This document shows, one piece after another, positions 41,544 to 54,023 of a DNA stretch of 64,000 nucleotides. The notes below the pieces were generated by a model, which ran no database searches, was not told the origin of the DNA, and saw nothing but the letters and a program-made list of their open reading frames with translations. Where the stretch lies: NCBI GenBank assembly GCA_964019425.1, contig OZ025787.1, positions 1,178,001-1,242,000 on the forward strand, written 5' to 3'. A program made the position numbers and the translations under genes. Positions within the stretch are counted from its first letter, which is position 1, and the number at the start of each line of letters is the position of its first letter. The DNA comes from Flectonema sp. DT1601. Lineage: Eukaryota.

Positions 41544-43229
41544 ACTATATACACACTTACTCAAATACTTGTACTTCGTTGAAATAAAAATAAAACAACA
41601 TAATACCACCATTTTGAAATATTTTTGCTTTTTTTTTTTTTTTTTTTTTTTTTCCTTTTGTTGTGAATTTGTTAAGTCATAGCAATTTCTATGCGAGTTA
41701 CTTCTTTTAGCTTCAGCAGTGGTATGCGGGGAGTGTACCCATGACTGTTGTGTTAATGTAGACACTAATGCTCAATAGATTCGATTATCTATATGTAGTA
41801 ACGTTGTTTGTATCAAGCTGACAACGATTCCCTCTCTCTTTTTCTCTACTCGAGACCACTTGGTGTCTACTCGAGACCACTTGGTTAGTTGTGATTGACT
41901 TCACTTAACTTGGAATGAAAAAATATTTTCCCGTCCGCACCAGTTCATCCTTCCTTTTTTATTTGGAAGGAATTTCACTGATGACTTGTCGTTGGTCGTC
42001 ATTACTGTTCATTGTGACTACTTACGATTGAAATTAGTACAATCAGATAATCGATGAAGGGGTGGGTACTTAGTTAATGATGGAAAAATAAAACGTGACA
42101 TCTTCCTCATTGTTGAGTGATGTCGTAAATATGAATCTTTTAGTTGTGACTAGGTTAGCTTAACTGGAGTATGTTTTGTTTTTGATTAGTATTTTTCCAT
42201 TATCTTATTAGGCCTCCAAAAAAACTTTTTTTTTTTTTTTTTTTTTTGCAGAGCTGCCGTTCTTTGTTTTTTGTTTTGTTACGTTTTACGTTTGAGAAGA
42301 TGAAAAAGAATTCTTTTTTCTCTCTTCTCTCTTCTCTCTTCTCTCTTCTCGTTCTTTTTTTTTTTTTTTTTTTTTTTCCCTTTTAAAAGCGGTCATTTCA
42401 TGACAACACTTTTTCGGTTGGTAATTTATTCTGAAAATTGATATTGTTTTTGAACTTGTTGGTGTTCTTTCTTCTATTCCTACAACATATAAAGTAAGTG
42501 TGAAGGCATCATTTCGTGATTGAGCTTTTTTTTTTTTTAATGTGTGTATTCTCTCCTGTTCCGATACTGAGAAGAAGAAAACGTGACTTTCAAAACTTGC
42601 GTTGTTTTTTTTTTTTTCCCCCCTTTTTTTTTCTCCTTTCTCCTCCGGAGGGAAGCATCGATTTCACGGATTCTTTTTGGGCACTTTTTTTTTTTTTGAA
42701 TATTTTTTTTTCGAAAGTTTTTGGCAGCCAACTCTGTGAGAGTCTCACGGTTGCTGGTAGCGATATAACTGTTACCCTGTGAGCTTTTTCCTGGCTTTTC
42801 GCTTCTAGGCTTCGTAAATAAATAAATAAATAAATAACTTATGAAAACTGCAACACTATGGATGCAGCCCCAACAAAGGGGATTGCGATCTGAGGAAACC
42901 GTCTTTGAAAATTCTTAGAAAGTGTAGACTGTGGTGGTACCTGAGGATTGAAAACAGAAGCCTAGGGAGGCATCACAATAAAAGAAAGGTACACTCCCAG
43001 GTACTACTAAATTCGCACTTTATTCTTTTGCCTGAATCCGCCAAAATACTAGCCACGGAATCACCTTCGAATCCTGGGTTAATTTTGCCCTCGGAAAGGC
43101 TATTTTTTAACTCTATCGACAGCTTCTGCCCTACTCCTCTCCCCGATTTTTTTTTAAAATTCTATTTTATTGTATCTATAAGCCTAATAATTAGGTTTGG
43201 AAAAAACGTCTCTACGGGTGCAACTCACC

Positions 43230-43271
43230 AGTACGAGAAGAACTCCTGTTTCTAGTAGCCGTGATGCTACC
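43230..43271 (+). pseudogene. Tiny degenerate LSU rRNA sarcin-ricin-loop fragment
   Basis: AGTACGAGAAGAACTCCTGTTTCTAGT...GCCGTGATGCTACC matches the reverse complement of 53941-54013 with an internal deletion. Confidence 0.6.
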
Positions 43272-44325
43272 GGTCTGCGTTACTAGTCAGTGTACCAGGG
43301 AATACATAAAATTTTTTCTTACCTTACTCGATGGATAAAATAATTATTCTTTATCGATACCAACTATTGGCCTTTTCTACATGGCACCACTAGGTTTAGC
43401 TGAATCTTGGTTTTAGCCTCTTTCAAGTTGCTTTATGTTTAAAGTACAGTATCAACGTTTACCTCCCTTTCGCTCATCTGTTTTTTTTTGTTGTTTATTT
43501 GATTAGGAGATTTGTTTTTCTTTCCCAAAAAATAAGAAACATACACATTCTTTTAAAATGTATGAGGCACCTACTTTTAAGTCTCTGTTCCCTAATTGCA
43601 TTGGCGTTTGAAATTGTGCTCCACGACTGTGATATGTGTTGGGGTTACAAAATCAAGTTTCCAGTCTCGAGGCTTTTGCCTCTTTTGATCTGGAATGTGA
43701 CAACTTCCGACGTTTTTTTTTTTTTTTTTCCCGTTCTTTTCTTTCGATTTTATAGTAGTGCGTGATAGAATACCGGATTGTTAAAAGCAAATTGCCCTAT
43801 CTTTCAGGTAACTACTACTTCATCAAGTCACTTGTATTTCATTTTTTTTATATTGACGATTTGAATATGCTCCGCGCAGTACGACTACGATATTGATATT
43901 CTTATCCTGTCTTCCAAACAGGTCGGTCTGCAAACAGGAGTTGCCCTCTTTTTATATCCCGTACAACACTGTCTAATTGGATTTTGGATAAGTCTTTTGC
44001 TCGCCTTTATAATAATGTGAGATGCAAAAACATATTTCAGATTTGCAATCAAAAAAAAACCCCTCCAACAGTCAGATTCTGACTGTTGCCTATCGACCGA
44101 TTCCTTTCTGTGATAAGTAATTTAGTGAATTGTATTTCAATAATTTTGCTCTCTCCTCTTGTAAGCGACACCGACTGCTGTAATCCAAACGTGGTGTGTA
44201 CTTCGGAAGTATATCTTTTTTTATTAATATAAAATATACTCTATAGTTGTAATTTTACTTTTTTAACTATATCTTCACAACAGTGTGGGAGAGGAGAGGA
44301 GGGGAGGGGAGGGGTGTGATAACGA

Positions 44326-46170
44326 ATGGCATGCGAGGTAACGGTAACCGGATTCGTACTGATGGTGTCACCATCTCTGATAAAACTCTCCGATATGTAT
44401 ATTAAATACGAAGGAGCTACATCAATGTGTCATGGACCATTCGTAAAAGATTATGTTTGTGGTGTTAATCCTGATCTTGGGTTTCGATCGTGTGGAAGCA
44501 GCCTTACCTTTGACTATATTCGATTCGAGGGTATTGATGCCAATAAAATTACGAGCATCACTGTGAAACCTGAAATGGGAGTAGAGTACTCTCTTAGCAG
44601 TTGTAAAGATGTTTGGTTTAGAACGTTTTGTCCAACGGGAGTACCTACTAGTGTTCCGACGGCAATTCCGACAGCGGTGCCAACAGCAACTCCAACGGCA
44701 ATTCCTACGGTAACGCCCACGAGGGTCACGGCGGTTCCGACAGCTGTTCCCACATCTGCGCCAACAGACGTGCCAACGGTCGTGCCCACAGCTGTGCCTA
44801 CGGGGGTTCCAACGAGTATACCAACATCTTCTCCGGAAACTGAAGTTCCGCCTACTGTTTCTCCACCAACACAGATTCCCACAACTGGTGTGCCGACAGG
44901 CGCGCCTCCAGCTCCTGAGTTGGAAATTTATGAAAAGCAAAGCATGGCAGCCTCGACTGTCACGAGTATCGCTGCTGCTTCCGGTGCACTCCCAGCAGCA
45001 GGTTCTGTAATCGCCTCGTCCCAGCCTTGTAATATTCCAGACAATACGAAATTGCCATTTCCCCTTCACCCGACTGGTATTAAGATTTCCGACTCAGCAG
45101 CAGCTGGTGCAGTTATCTTCAACAGTCTAATTGTTGGTGTCTTCACTCTGGTGATGAGATTAATACTTTTGTTGTTCGATATGAAGCTGATCCCGGAATC
45201 TGTGGTACCAGCGACCCTCTTCGATGGGTTCATGGATACGCAGGGTATGCTTCGATTCCCATCAGCACCGCTGTTCGTTTTGCAGGGTTTGTATCAGGGA
45301 ACGTTCTTGGCGGCGCTGTTGCTGATTCGGTCGCCACCGGATGAGCTTTCGGCTGTTTGGGTTGCCGTGGGTGTTGTGACTACGTTGATTTGTGTTTTGA
45401 TTCCGGCAGTTGTTTTCATAATAACAAAGAGAGCAATTCCAATGGACGCAATCTTCTATGAAGACAACGTTGAACTCTCTGATATTAAAGAATATTGGAT
45501 TGGACCTGGTGAATGGATTTCAGTTGAACGTAACAATCACTGGATCAACAGATATGCTTCTGTTGTCAGATCTTATCGTGAGAAGTTTGTGTACTTTTCA
45601 ACAGTTCAGTTCTTCACGTCGGGTCTGGTCGCTATTGCTGTTTCGATATCGGCTACTGGGGTAACTTGTGGAGTGATAAAGTTATCAATGGCTGCTGTTT
45701 TTATATCTCTCGCACTGTTTTGTGTTGTTATAATGCCGTTCTGTAGAATGTGTGATAATCATATTGTTGCAATCACCTATTTGGTTCACGGCATTAGTCT
45801 AACCTGTACTGGAATCTACTTCATAACTAACAATTCTCCTATACTTGACGTGGCGGGAGTACTTCATTATATCGTGATGGGGTTTTTGATACTTAAAGTA
45901 GTGGTGTCGGTATTAATTGAAATATATTTGTTTTCGACTGATCGTCGCATTCGTCTTCAAGAAAACCATTGGATAAAAAAGATGTCAATCTTAGAACAGG
46001 TAGAACCTACTTCATGGGATGATGCTCCTGTGGTAGTACAGAAAATGTCCTTCAAATCTATGAGTCCCAGAGGGAGCCCCAGAGAATCAGAGTGTGCAAG
46101 TCCCCTTCTTATGTCTCAACACGTCAGTATTGGTGAGCATGATTCAGAAGGTTCACAGTTTTCGGTCTGA
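44326..46170 (+). CDS. Surface protein family member 2 (different ectodomain, TM domain near-identical to 39114-40964)
   Basis: 44894-45801 is almost identical to 39694-40601; PT stalk present. Confidence 0.85.
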   Translation: MACEVTVTGFVLMVSPSLIKLSDMYIKYEGATSMCHGPFVKDYVCGVNPDLGFRSCGSSLTFDYIRFEGIDANKITSITVKPEMGVEYSLSSCKDVWFRTFCPTGVPTSVPTAIPTAVPTATPTAIPTVTPTRVTAVPTAVPTSAPTDVPTVVPTAVPTGVPTSIPTSSPETEVPPTVSPPTQIPTTGVPTGAPPAPELEIYEKQSMAASTVTSIAAASGALPAAGSVIASSQPCNIPDNTKLPFPLHPTGIKISDSAAAGAVIFNSLIVGVFTLVMRLILLLFDMKLIPESVVPATLFDGFMDTQGMLRFPSAPLFVLQGLYQGTFLAALLLIRSPPDELSAVWVAVGVVTTLICVLIPAVVFIITKRAIPMDAIFYEDNVELSDIKEYWIGPGEWISVERNNHWINRYASVVRSYREKFVYFSTVQFFTSGLVAIAVSISATGVTCGVIKLSMAAVFISLALFCVVIMPFCRMCDNHIVAITYLVHGISLTCTGIYFITNNSPILDVAGVLHYIVMGFLILKVVVSVLIEIYLFSTDRRIRLQENHWIKKMSILEQVEPTSWDDAPVVVQKMSFKSMSPRGSPRESECASPLLMSQHVSIGEHDSEGSQFSV

Positions 46171-47815
46171 ATAGGGAAGAAAGAAGTTTCTTTTTTTTGC
46201 TGCTTTATCGAATCCTATTGGATGGCTTCTCTTCGGAGTTTGTATTTTTGTTTTACTTCTTTTCGAACTTATAATTTAATTTTACGAGCGACTCATGCGT
46301 GTTGTAACTGAACTTGACTACAAGGGAATCAAGGAAACTATTTACTGGTTTTACGAATTTTAATCAAAAAATATTTTCTTAATAAACCTAGTTAGGTAGT
46401 GGGTAGTTTGCGTGTTTTTATTTCCCTTTTTTTTTTACAATAGCATTTCTTATTCCATACTATTATGAACAGTTTTTTGTTTGTGACCTGTGGCTTTGGA
46501 GCTTTACTGTTGTAAATGATCATGGTGTCGTCAGAGCAAAAAAAAAGAAATTATCGTTTTTTTTCTTCTTCCGTATTGCAGAGTGAGGTAGGTTTAGATA
46601 TTTTGGTATCATATCAACGGTTGTGTTATCTGTCATTTCAGGGGGATGTTATTCGGGTAGGTTCGCCTTTTCCCTTTTCGGAAAAATGCGGCCATTCGAT
46701 GCAGTCAATTCTAAATAATTAGAGATCCCTTAGTGTGTACCTTTACTTGACAGTTTGTCAGGTTTTTGGTTTTTGTTTCTTGTTGTTCACGAAAGCTATC
46801 AGCTCGTGTCAGTGTGTATTAATAATACGTATTTCCCTTATCAATGATGTTGGTTAGTGGCATTTGCTACACGATTGCAAATTCACCCCATGTCAATTTT
46901 TTTGCCTGCTCCTTTTCTCTTCTACTGATGTTTGTGAGCCATTTATCGCAACTTATTCAGTAGGAAAAAAAAAAAAAAAAAAAAAAAGAACAAGAGGAAA
47001 TACTTTATTCTCACGGAATCTCTGTGAGTTTGGAGTCGGAATTTAAAAAAATGTATTTGAACCACCTTTTGGGAGGTTTCAGTGGTATGAATTTGATTGC
47101 GTTTATAATCAAATTTTCCTTTATACGCTGAAATGGTTTTATAGCTAATAAGTAATTATTATATTATCTATTCTCTCCCTCCGAATCCCCATATTCGACA
47201 GCACAAATGGGATTTTATGGAAACCGACTGTTGGTATCTTTTCATTGCAACCAGGTTTGGCCGAACCCTACATTCGTTTTAGCCAGTTTCAAGTTGCTTT
47301 ATATTTAATCATAGTATCAAGTTACCTCCCCTCCAGGTTGTTTTTCTTTTTATGTTTTCTTTTTTCTAAACGTAATTTTCTTTGATTGGCAACTACAAAT
47401 ATTTTTCAGTCAAGTACTTGATATTAATTTTGTTTTTAATACCTAAAGTTGTTATTGTTTTTACATTGTCGAAGTTTCACCCCTCCAGTTTGATCGTTAC
47501 CCATTTTATGATGTTTTTACTTGCCAACGCTGTGGGAGTGATTCCGTTTACAACATATTAATGAGATGGTAAGAGATGTATTGATTACATTAGAACCTAG
47601 TTGTTACTTTTCAAAAAAAAAAAAAAAAAAAGTAAAGGCTAACATCCCTTCAATTACGGTAACAGGTGCATAACTATGTTCACGTGGCCTACAGAATTAG
47701 TTTTCCTTTCAGTTAAATATCACTCGACGATTTTCTATTTATCGTTACTTATGATCCAATGCTGTTGTAAACTTATTTTAATATTATTATTTTCAGTCAG
47801 GTAATCAATCAGACA

Positions 47816-50800
47816 ATGACACCTCTGCTTACAATACTACTCTACACACACGCTGCGACATGCGCAGTTGGAACTAGCAAAGTTGAATGGAGTGGGCCAG
47901 GTACGATTCATGAAAATACCCTCGATGATCCTTTGGATGTTTATTGTGGTATTCAAGGTGTCATCACCAGCATCTCAAGTAAATTCAACGTTGCAACTGG
48001 TGACAGAGTATGGAAAATAGGATGCAATGATATACCTGTTGGGTGGTCGCATACAAATTGTATTAATACAAAAGACACTGTTGGTTGGACAGACTATGTT
48101 GGTAGAACATCATTCGATTTAGACTGCGCAGCTGGTTCTGTAATGATTGGAGTACAATCTAATCATATAAACAATCGAAGTGATCGTACCTGGAGTATTA
48201 CATGTTGTGAATTATCTCCTGGAGTAAATGAAATCTCATCAGGTAATAGTGTTAAGTCTGGTTATCAACAAGACATATCTTGGTCACTTACTTCAGGGCA
48301 GATTGCAACTGGCATGGCCGGAGGAAAGCGTGGAGGAGACAAGGACCGTACCTGGGTATTTGCTTATGCTGAACTGTGTAGCATCCCACCGACTGCTGTG
48401 CCTACTGCGATCCCAACAGCGGTTCCTACAGCCATCCCAACTGTTACTCCGACTGCTGTTCCAACGGCGATTCCGACCGCAGTACCGACCATGATCCCGA
48501 CCGCAGTTCCTACCGTCGTTCCGACAGCTGTCCCAACCGCTGTCCCAACCGCTGTCCCAACCGCTGTCCCAACCGCTGTCCCAACCGCTGTCCCAACCGC
48601 TGTCCCAACCGCTGTCCCAACCGCTGCTCCGACTGCTGTTCCGACTGTTATCCCAACAGCTATTCCGACAGCTATTCCAACCGCCGTTCCAACTGCTGTT
48701 CCAACAGTTGTACCGACCGCCGTACCAACTGCTGTTCCTACTGCAGTCCCAACTGCTATACCGACTGCAGTCCCAACTGCTATACCGACTGCAGTCCCAA
48801 CTGCTATACCGACTGCAGTCCCAACTGCTATACCGACTGCAGTCCCAACTGCTGTTCCTACTGCAGCCCCAACTGCTATACCCACTGCAGTACCTACTGC
48901 GGTTCCGACAACCACTGTTCCGACAGCAATTCCAACAACAGTGCCGACTGCGACGCCAACTGCAATACCAACAAGCGTGCCGACTGTGATCCCAACTGGC
49001 GTTCCAACCAACGTACCTACGACAATCCAAACTGCAGTGCCCACGGCAGTACCAACAGCAACACCAACCACGGCGCCAACTGGACAGCCGACAGTTATGC
49101 CGACACTGATTCCGACTAGCGTACCTAATGCCCCTACCACAGCACCCACACCGACTAGCGTACCTAGTACCTCTACCGCAGCACCCACCCCGACTCCGAC
49201 AAATGCTCCGCCAACCACATCGGCACCGATTGTTACTGGGAATGGGAACCCGACTCCGAATGTGACGAGCGTCGAGGACTCGGATGCGAAGCAGGCCACA
49301 GACGTCGCGAGTAATGTGGTAGTAGCTCTTTCTGCTTTAACACAAGGACCTGCAGCAATGTCTGCTATGAGATTAGTACTCGTCTCACAGTCGTGTTCTG
49401 AAGACGTATCAAAAAAGCTATCCAGGGCATTACACCCAACACAACTATCGATTGGTGATAGTCTTGCTGCTGGAGTAGTTGTTGGTAATTTAATTATTGT
49501 TTTTACGGTTCTGATGGTTGGAAAGACTATCTGCGTTATTTTAGATCACATTCATACTAAAAGTCCTAATTATGAAATCTGCGGCATTAGGTTAGACGAC
49601 ACAAAGGGTCTTCTTCGCCATCCCAGCATATCATTATTTGTCTTTTTATGGTGCTATCACGGTATCACTTTAGGAGCCTTTGTTATGTTATTCAGCGGAT
49701 CTTCAGCAATTCAAGTCATCTTTGGTATTGTTACAGTCATGGGTTGTGCTGCTGTTCCGGTGTATATTTGCATATTTATTATTAAAGAAAAACAACCTGA
49801 ACTTGCGAGCTACCATCTGGATCCTAAACGTGGATCAAAAATTGCATTTATTGTAGGACCTGGTGAGTGGGTTTCTTTGCGCCGAACTAATGATTTTGTT
49901 CATCGTCATTCTTCATTAATGAGATCCTATAGAGAAGTTTTCTGTTGGTACGCTTTAATTGAATTTGTTATGTCATTCTTTCTATCAATCGTATTTGCTA
50001 TAAGGACTAGTGATCACAACATTTGTGGCATAACTCGATTAATAACAGCCTTACTAATGCTTATGGCTCTACTAGGTGTCAGTACGAATCGTCCTTTTGT
50101 CCGCCCTAGAGATAACTGGATAGAATCACTTGCATATATTTTGCAAGCGACAGCGTTGTGTTTAATGGCAGCTGTTTTTTTCTCAATAAAGTCCCTTGAG
50201 GATAGTAACCCGTTGGCAAAAGAGGTTGCTGATTATCTTTTTTTAATATCTGCGATAGCACTTCTTACGAAAGTTGCCCTCGACGGTCTCACTGAACTGT
50301 ACGTCGTCTACACTGGCAGACGTCGAAAGTTACAACAAGCGGCTTGGAAATCAATTCAAGAACAATCTCTACGAGACGACGATGGTCCTTTAGTGATAAA
50401 AGGAGATATCTGTATGAAGACATATAGCTCTGGTGGAAGTAGTGCTTTGGATCAGGTTATTATTTCTCCTCAGACTGCTCCACTTGAAAGACCATCGTCT
50501 AGAAGTCATGCAGTGGTAACTCCATTATTAATTCCATTACCTTCACCTCATGGGAGAAGGTCTCGGGGGGCTAGGAGAGGATCTTCACCTCTGCCGTATG
50601 CTGCGCCGTCTGAAGTGAAAACGCCTCTTCCTCCGAGACCTCCGGGAGGTGGGTTTCTTGTTCCTGAGAGGTCTTCACATTCGATTGGTCTTAGGAATAG
50701 TATTAGTCCAAGTTCAAGGGCTGGTACTCCTGTTCGATCTACTGGTATTCCTCCTCATGTTGCAAAGCCTCTTCGTCGTCGACGTGCTTCAATTGATGTC

Positions 50801-50968
50801 GTTGCGAGAAGTATGGATGAGTTTGTTGGATTTACACCTCCGATATCTCCAATAGCAGCTGGTAGAGGTATTAGCGTTATCACCCCGAGAGGAACTCCAA
50901 TTAGAAGATCATTAGCTCCATCACCAGCATCGTCTGATGTAACGGTTGATCTCCCTGCTTCATACTAA
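47816..50968 (+). CDS. Surface protein family member 3: signal peptide, dermatopontin/amebocyte-aggregation-factor-like domain, long PTAV/PTAI stalk, multi-TM domain, S/P/R-rich tail
   Basis: Three DRxW repeats (DRVWKIGC, DRTWSITCC, DRTWVF) are typical of the dermatopontin family; ALHPT and GPGEW motifs are shared with the two paralogues. Confidence 0.88.
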   Translation: MTPLLTILLYTHAATCAVGTSKVEWSGPGTIHENTLDDPLDVYCGIQGVITSISSKFNVATGDRVWKIGCNDIPVGWSHTNCINTKDTVGWTDYVGRTSFDLDCAAGSVMIGVQSNHINNRSDRTWSITCCELSPGVNEISSGNSVKSGYQQDISWSLTSGQIATGMAGGKRGGDKDRTWVFAYAELCSIPPTAVPTAIPTAVPTAIPTVTPTAVPTAIPTAVPTMIPTAVPTVVPTAVPTAVPTAVPTAVPTAVPTAVPTAVPTAVPTAAPTAVPTVIPTAIPTAIPTAVPTAVPTVVPTAVPTAVPTAVPTAIPTAVPTAIPTAVPTAIPTAVPTAIPTAVPTAVPTAAPTAIPTAVPTAVPTTTVPTAIPTTVPTATPTAIPTSVPTVIPTGVPTNVPTTIQTAVPTAVPTATPTTAPTGQPTVMPTLIPTSVPNAPTTAPTPTSVPSTSTAAPTPTPTNAPPTTSAPIVTGNGNPTPNVTSVEDSDAKQATDVASNVVVALSALTQGPAAMSAMRLVLVSQSCSEDVSKKLSRALHPTQLSIGDSLAAGVVVGNLIIVFTVLMVGKTICVILDHIHTKSPNYEICGIRLDDTKGLLRHPSISLFVFLWCYHGITLGAFVMLFSGSSAIQVIFGIVTVMGCAAVPVYICIFIIKEKQPELASYHLDPKRGSKIAFIVGPGEWVSLRRTNDFVHRHSSLMRSYREVFCWYALIEFVMSFFLSIVFAIRTSDHNICGITRLITALLMLMALLGVSTNRPFVRPRDNWIESLAYILQATALCLMAAVFFSIKSLEDSNPLAKEVADYLFLISAIALLTKVALDGLTELYVVYTGRRRKLQQAAWKSIQEQSLRDDDGPLVIKGDICMKTYSSGGSSALDQVIISPQTAPLERPSSRSHAVVTPLLIPLPSPHGRRSRGARRGSSPLPYAAPSEVKTPLPPRPPGGGFLVPERSSHSIGLRNSISPSSRAGTPVRSTGIPPHVAKPLRRRRASIDVVARSMDEFVGFTPPISPIAAGRGISVITPRGTPIRRSLAPSPASSDVTVDLPASY
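48387..49220 (+). repeat. Coding 12-bp-unit tandem repeat (PTAV/PTAI)
   Basis: Perfect CCAACCGCTGTC units at ~48532-48624 and 24-bp CCGACTGCAGTCCCAACTGCTATA units at ~48760-48850. Confidence 0.95.
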
Positions 50969-51443
50969 AGCATCACATTTCTTCTTTTTCGGTTTGAAAA
51001 CTACTTCTGCGAGTTATGCTGATACCTGTTACTCAGTGTGTCTTATAGGGTTGCTAACATAACACTATGTCTGTTTTTCCTTCGTAGCTTTATATTTATG
51101 GTTCTTTCTGTTGCGCGATACTATTTGCTGAATGCTAGGCTTGGCTTTCTTCAATTATTTTTGTAAGAGAAACAAAACAACAACAACAACAACAACAACA
51201 CTGACGTCAAAATATCTAATTCTCTTACTGGTTGCTCTCGTAGGAGTAAAGTTGAATAGTCTGGTTGGCGTCTGTTGCATGGTGTACAAGCAAAAGTCAA
51301 TAAACAACAAACAAACAAAAAGAATCTCACCCGAGCATTGTCATGTGTGTATTCGTAATTTTTTCTGTGGAGTTTTACTCTCAGAGGCATCTCGTTTAGC
51401 AATCTGCCAGTGAGAATATTTTGTTATTGCGATCCATCGAGGT

Positions 51444-51480
<37 letters not shown>

Positions 51481-52470
51481 CGCACCTAAGCAAGCAAACA
51501 ACTATCAACCCAACAGTGGTTCATTCTTTATTCGACCTTTTTTTTTCTTTCTCTTCCGTAGGTTTCCGTCTTTACTTCGTTCCTGTTTTATATAACATCC
51601 TTTTTTGAGCTGTGAGCGCTACTTTCCTCCCATTTTTTTTCCTCTTTTCTTAGTTTCTCTTTCTCATCGGTATTTGCAAGTTACAAACGTTTTTTTGTCC
51701 GTTATCCAAATGATTAAAAAGAATAAAAAATACGGTGACAACCGCACGCTTTCAGTTTATTTTGATTTTTTCTTCTTCTTTAGTTCAAAAACCCTTTGCC
51801 ACTTGCCTAGTCTTAAGTTACTTTCGCGTTACGTTCTCAATACTGCTTGAGATAGGTGTTTCCGAAGTACCTCCTATAGGACACCTGTTGTAAACAACCT
51901 CTTTGGCTTTTAGAGGGTCGTCATCTATCCTTGAGAACGATAAGGACGTCCGACATGGATGCTTTGTTCTTGTTATGCTCTCCCGGAGTCTCCGAAAAAA
52001 AAAAAAAAGAAAAAAAAATAATATCTCCTCTGTGTTGATTTCATTATATAGACTTTGATGTGTGTGAACATCAATTACCAACTCCGATAGTACAGAATTG
52101 CTCTCTCTCTCTCTTGTTGTCTTTCTTGTTACTGCTTTCCCCTCTCCTTTTTTTCTTTGTGAGTTTCTATATAGACATAAATGGTAATTAGAGAGGAGTA
52201 CATCATCCTGTTTGTTAGTATAGATAAGCAAACTCCGACAATATAGAATTCGATGTAACTTTTGGCCGTCGAATATTATTTCAACAGGTTGAGAGATGAC
52301 TGATTGGAAGTTAGTGGCATCCTCCACTGCGTGTGTGGTTCTTGTCGATTTTAAAAGAAAAAGATTCATCATCAACGGTTTCGTCTTTTCTTTTTTGAAA
52401 AAACGTTTTTCTGTTTTTATTTGAAAAAAGCTTTTCTTTTTTTTTTACATTCTTTCCCTTTCCTCAAATT

Positions 52471-52940
52471 GGATTCCCATCTCTCCTTTTGTCACTGATC
52501 AAAACACGTTTCGGTTTGTTGTCGTTTCTGCATTTTGAGAAGATACGTGATGACCTTGCGTCCTTGCGTATCTCTCTGATTCCGTCTGCATTGGGTGGTC
52601 ATCGTTGGTTCTTTCCTGTGAGGGATATTTTTCGATACCGACTTGCGTGTGGCAAACAGGACCCTGTTTCAGTTTCCTGTTTTTTGTTATTTTGTCAATT
52701 TTTATTCCTCCCATGGACTTCAAAGTAGCGGATTCCCATCTCCCCTTTTGTCACAAGTCAAAACACGTTTTCTGTTTATTGTCATTTTTCTGCATTTTTA
52801 TTGATATGACTACGTGGTTACCTTGCGTGATAACGATTCGTCCTGTTGTAGTGATTGGGTGGTTGTCGGTTCTATCCCCTGTGGGAGATATTATCGACGT
52901 CGACTTAGCAGGAATCTATTTCAGTTTTCTTGTTTCAAGT
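52471..52940 (+). repeat. Diverged tandem duplication (~260-bp spacing)
   Basis: GGATTCCCATCTC..TTTTGTCAC..TCAAAACACGTTT begins at both 52471 and 52730, with continued colinear similarity. Confidence 0.75.
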
Positions 52941-53892
52941 AGATTTTTGGTCTCTCCCTCTCACCTCAAAAAAAAAAAAAAAAAAAAAAGTAATAAAAAA
53001 ATACAAGGGAAGCTCTCACAGAAGGAATCCAACACAAACCCTTGGAAGTACTTTTTCTTTTTATTTGTTTTTTCTTTTTTTTTTTTTTGGTACACGGAAA
53101 AAAAAAAAAAAGTGACTTTTTTTTTGTTACATCTGTGTACGTAAAGGGAAATACTGTAAGATAATTTAAACTGCTCTTTCTTTAGCGGTAGAAAGAAAAG
53201 TACTCCAAAATGTTATCCTCTGTGCGTTTTATTAATACCTTAAGGCAACTCGGTTTGTCTTTTGAATGTATTCTGTTTTTCAATGTTTTTTTCTTCTAAC
53301 TACCTCTTCTGTTATAAACTGCTACTGTTTTCTACATTACTACACTAGTCACTTCTTCTGATTGGTCTTCTGTTTTCTGGTGTTGATCAGCTTACAACAT
53401 CGTCGATTACATTTCTAAATAAAACTTCGTTTCATAAATATCTCTTTTTGTCACACTGACTTTTTGTCAAGCGTTAAATTATGCAATTAGACTTTACGCG
53501 TGAGATGATATTTCTTTGTGATCACGATGATTACATCCCTTCTATGAGGGATTCTGTCTGCGTTTTAACGAACTAAAAGGCTAATCTTTGAATGACTCTT
53601 TTAATATATTTTGTTGGATTTTTCCTTCAATTATTCATTATAGTAATGTTGCCCAATAAGAACAGTAGATATCATTAGACAGACTTCTCTGTGTTAGTTT
53701 TGAGTACCTGCGCCTGTCTTCTTCTACGTTTTCTGAAAATTGGTCGGACGATGAGAAAAAGCGGTATTGGTATTTTGCAGCTGTGTGATGCCAAAAGCAA
53801 AATCAATTCAGGTTATCAGTTCTAGTAAAAAACAGACTTTTTTTTAAAATTTTTCTTCTTAGTTAACATTTTTGATAGAAAGTGTATATGTC

Positions 53893-54023
53893 TCTAGACT
53901 GGGTTCTAGCTTAGAGGCGTTCAGCCATAATCCATCCAGTGGTAGCATCACGGCACTGTCCGATCAGACAACCGTAGATACCTGGGACTAGAACCGGAAG
54001 TTCCTCTCGTACTCCCCCGCTTC
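53893..54023 (-). pseudogene. LSU rRNA fragment containing the sarcin-ricin loop
   Basis: Minus strand AGTACGAGAGGAAC...GGATTATGGCTGAACGCCTCTAAG; isolated, with no flanking rDNA. Confidence 0.92.

Noticed and set aside
48293..49299. Long minus-strand ORFs (VGTAV / SWDCSR repeats), also at 10982-11260 and 44422-45069
   Set aside because: Antisense shadows of PT-repeat coding sequence.
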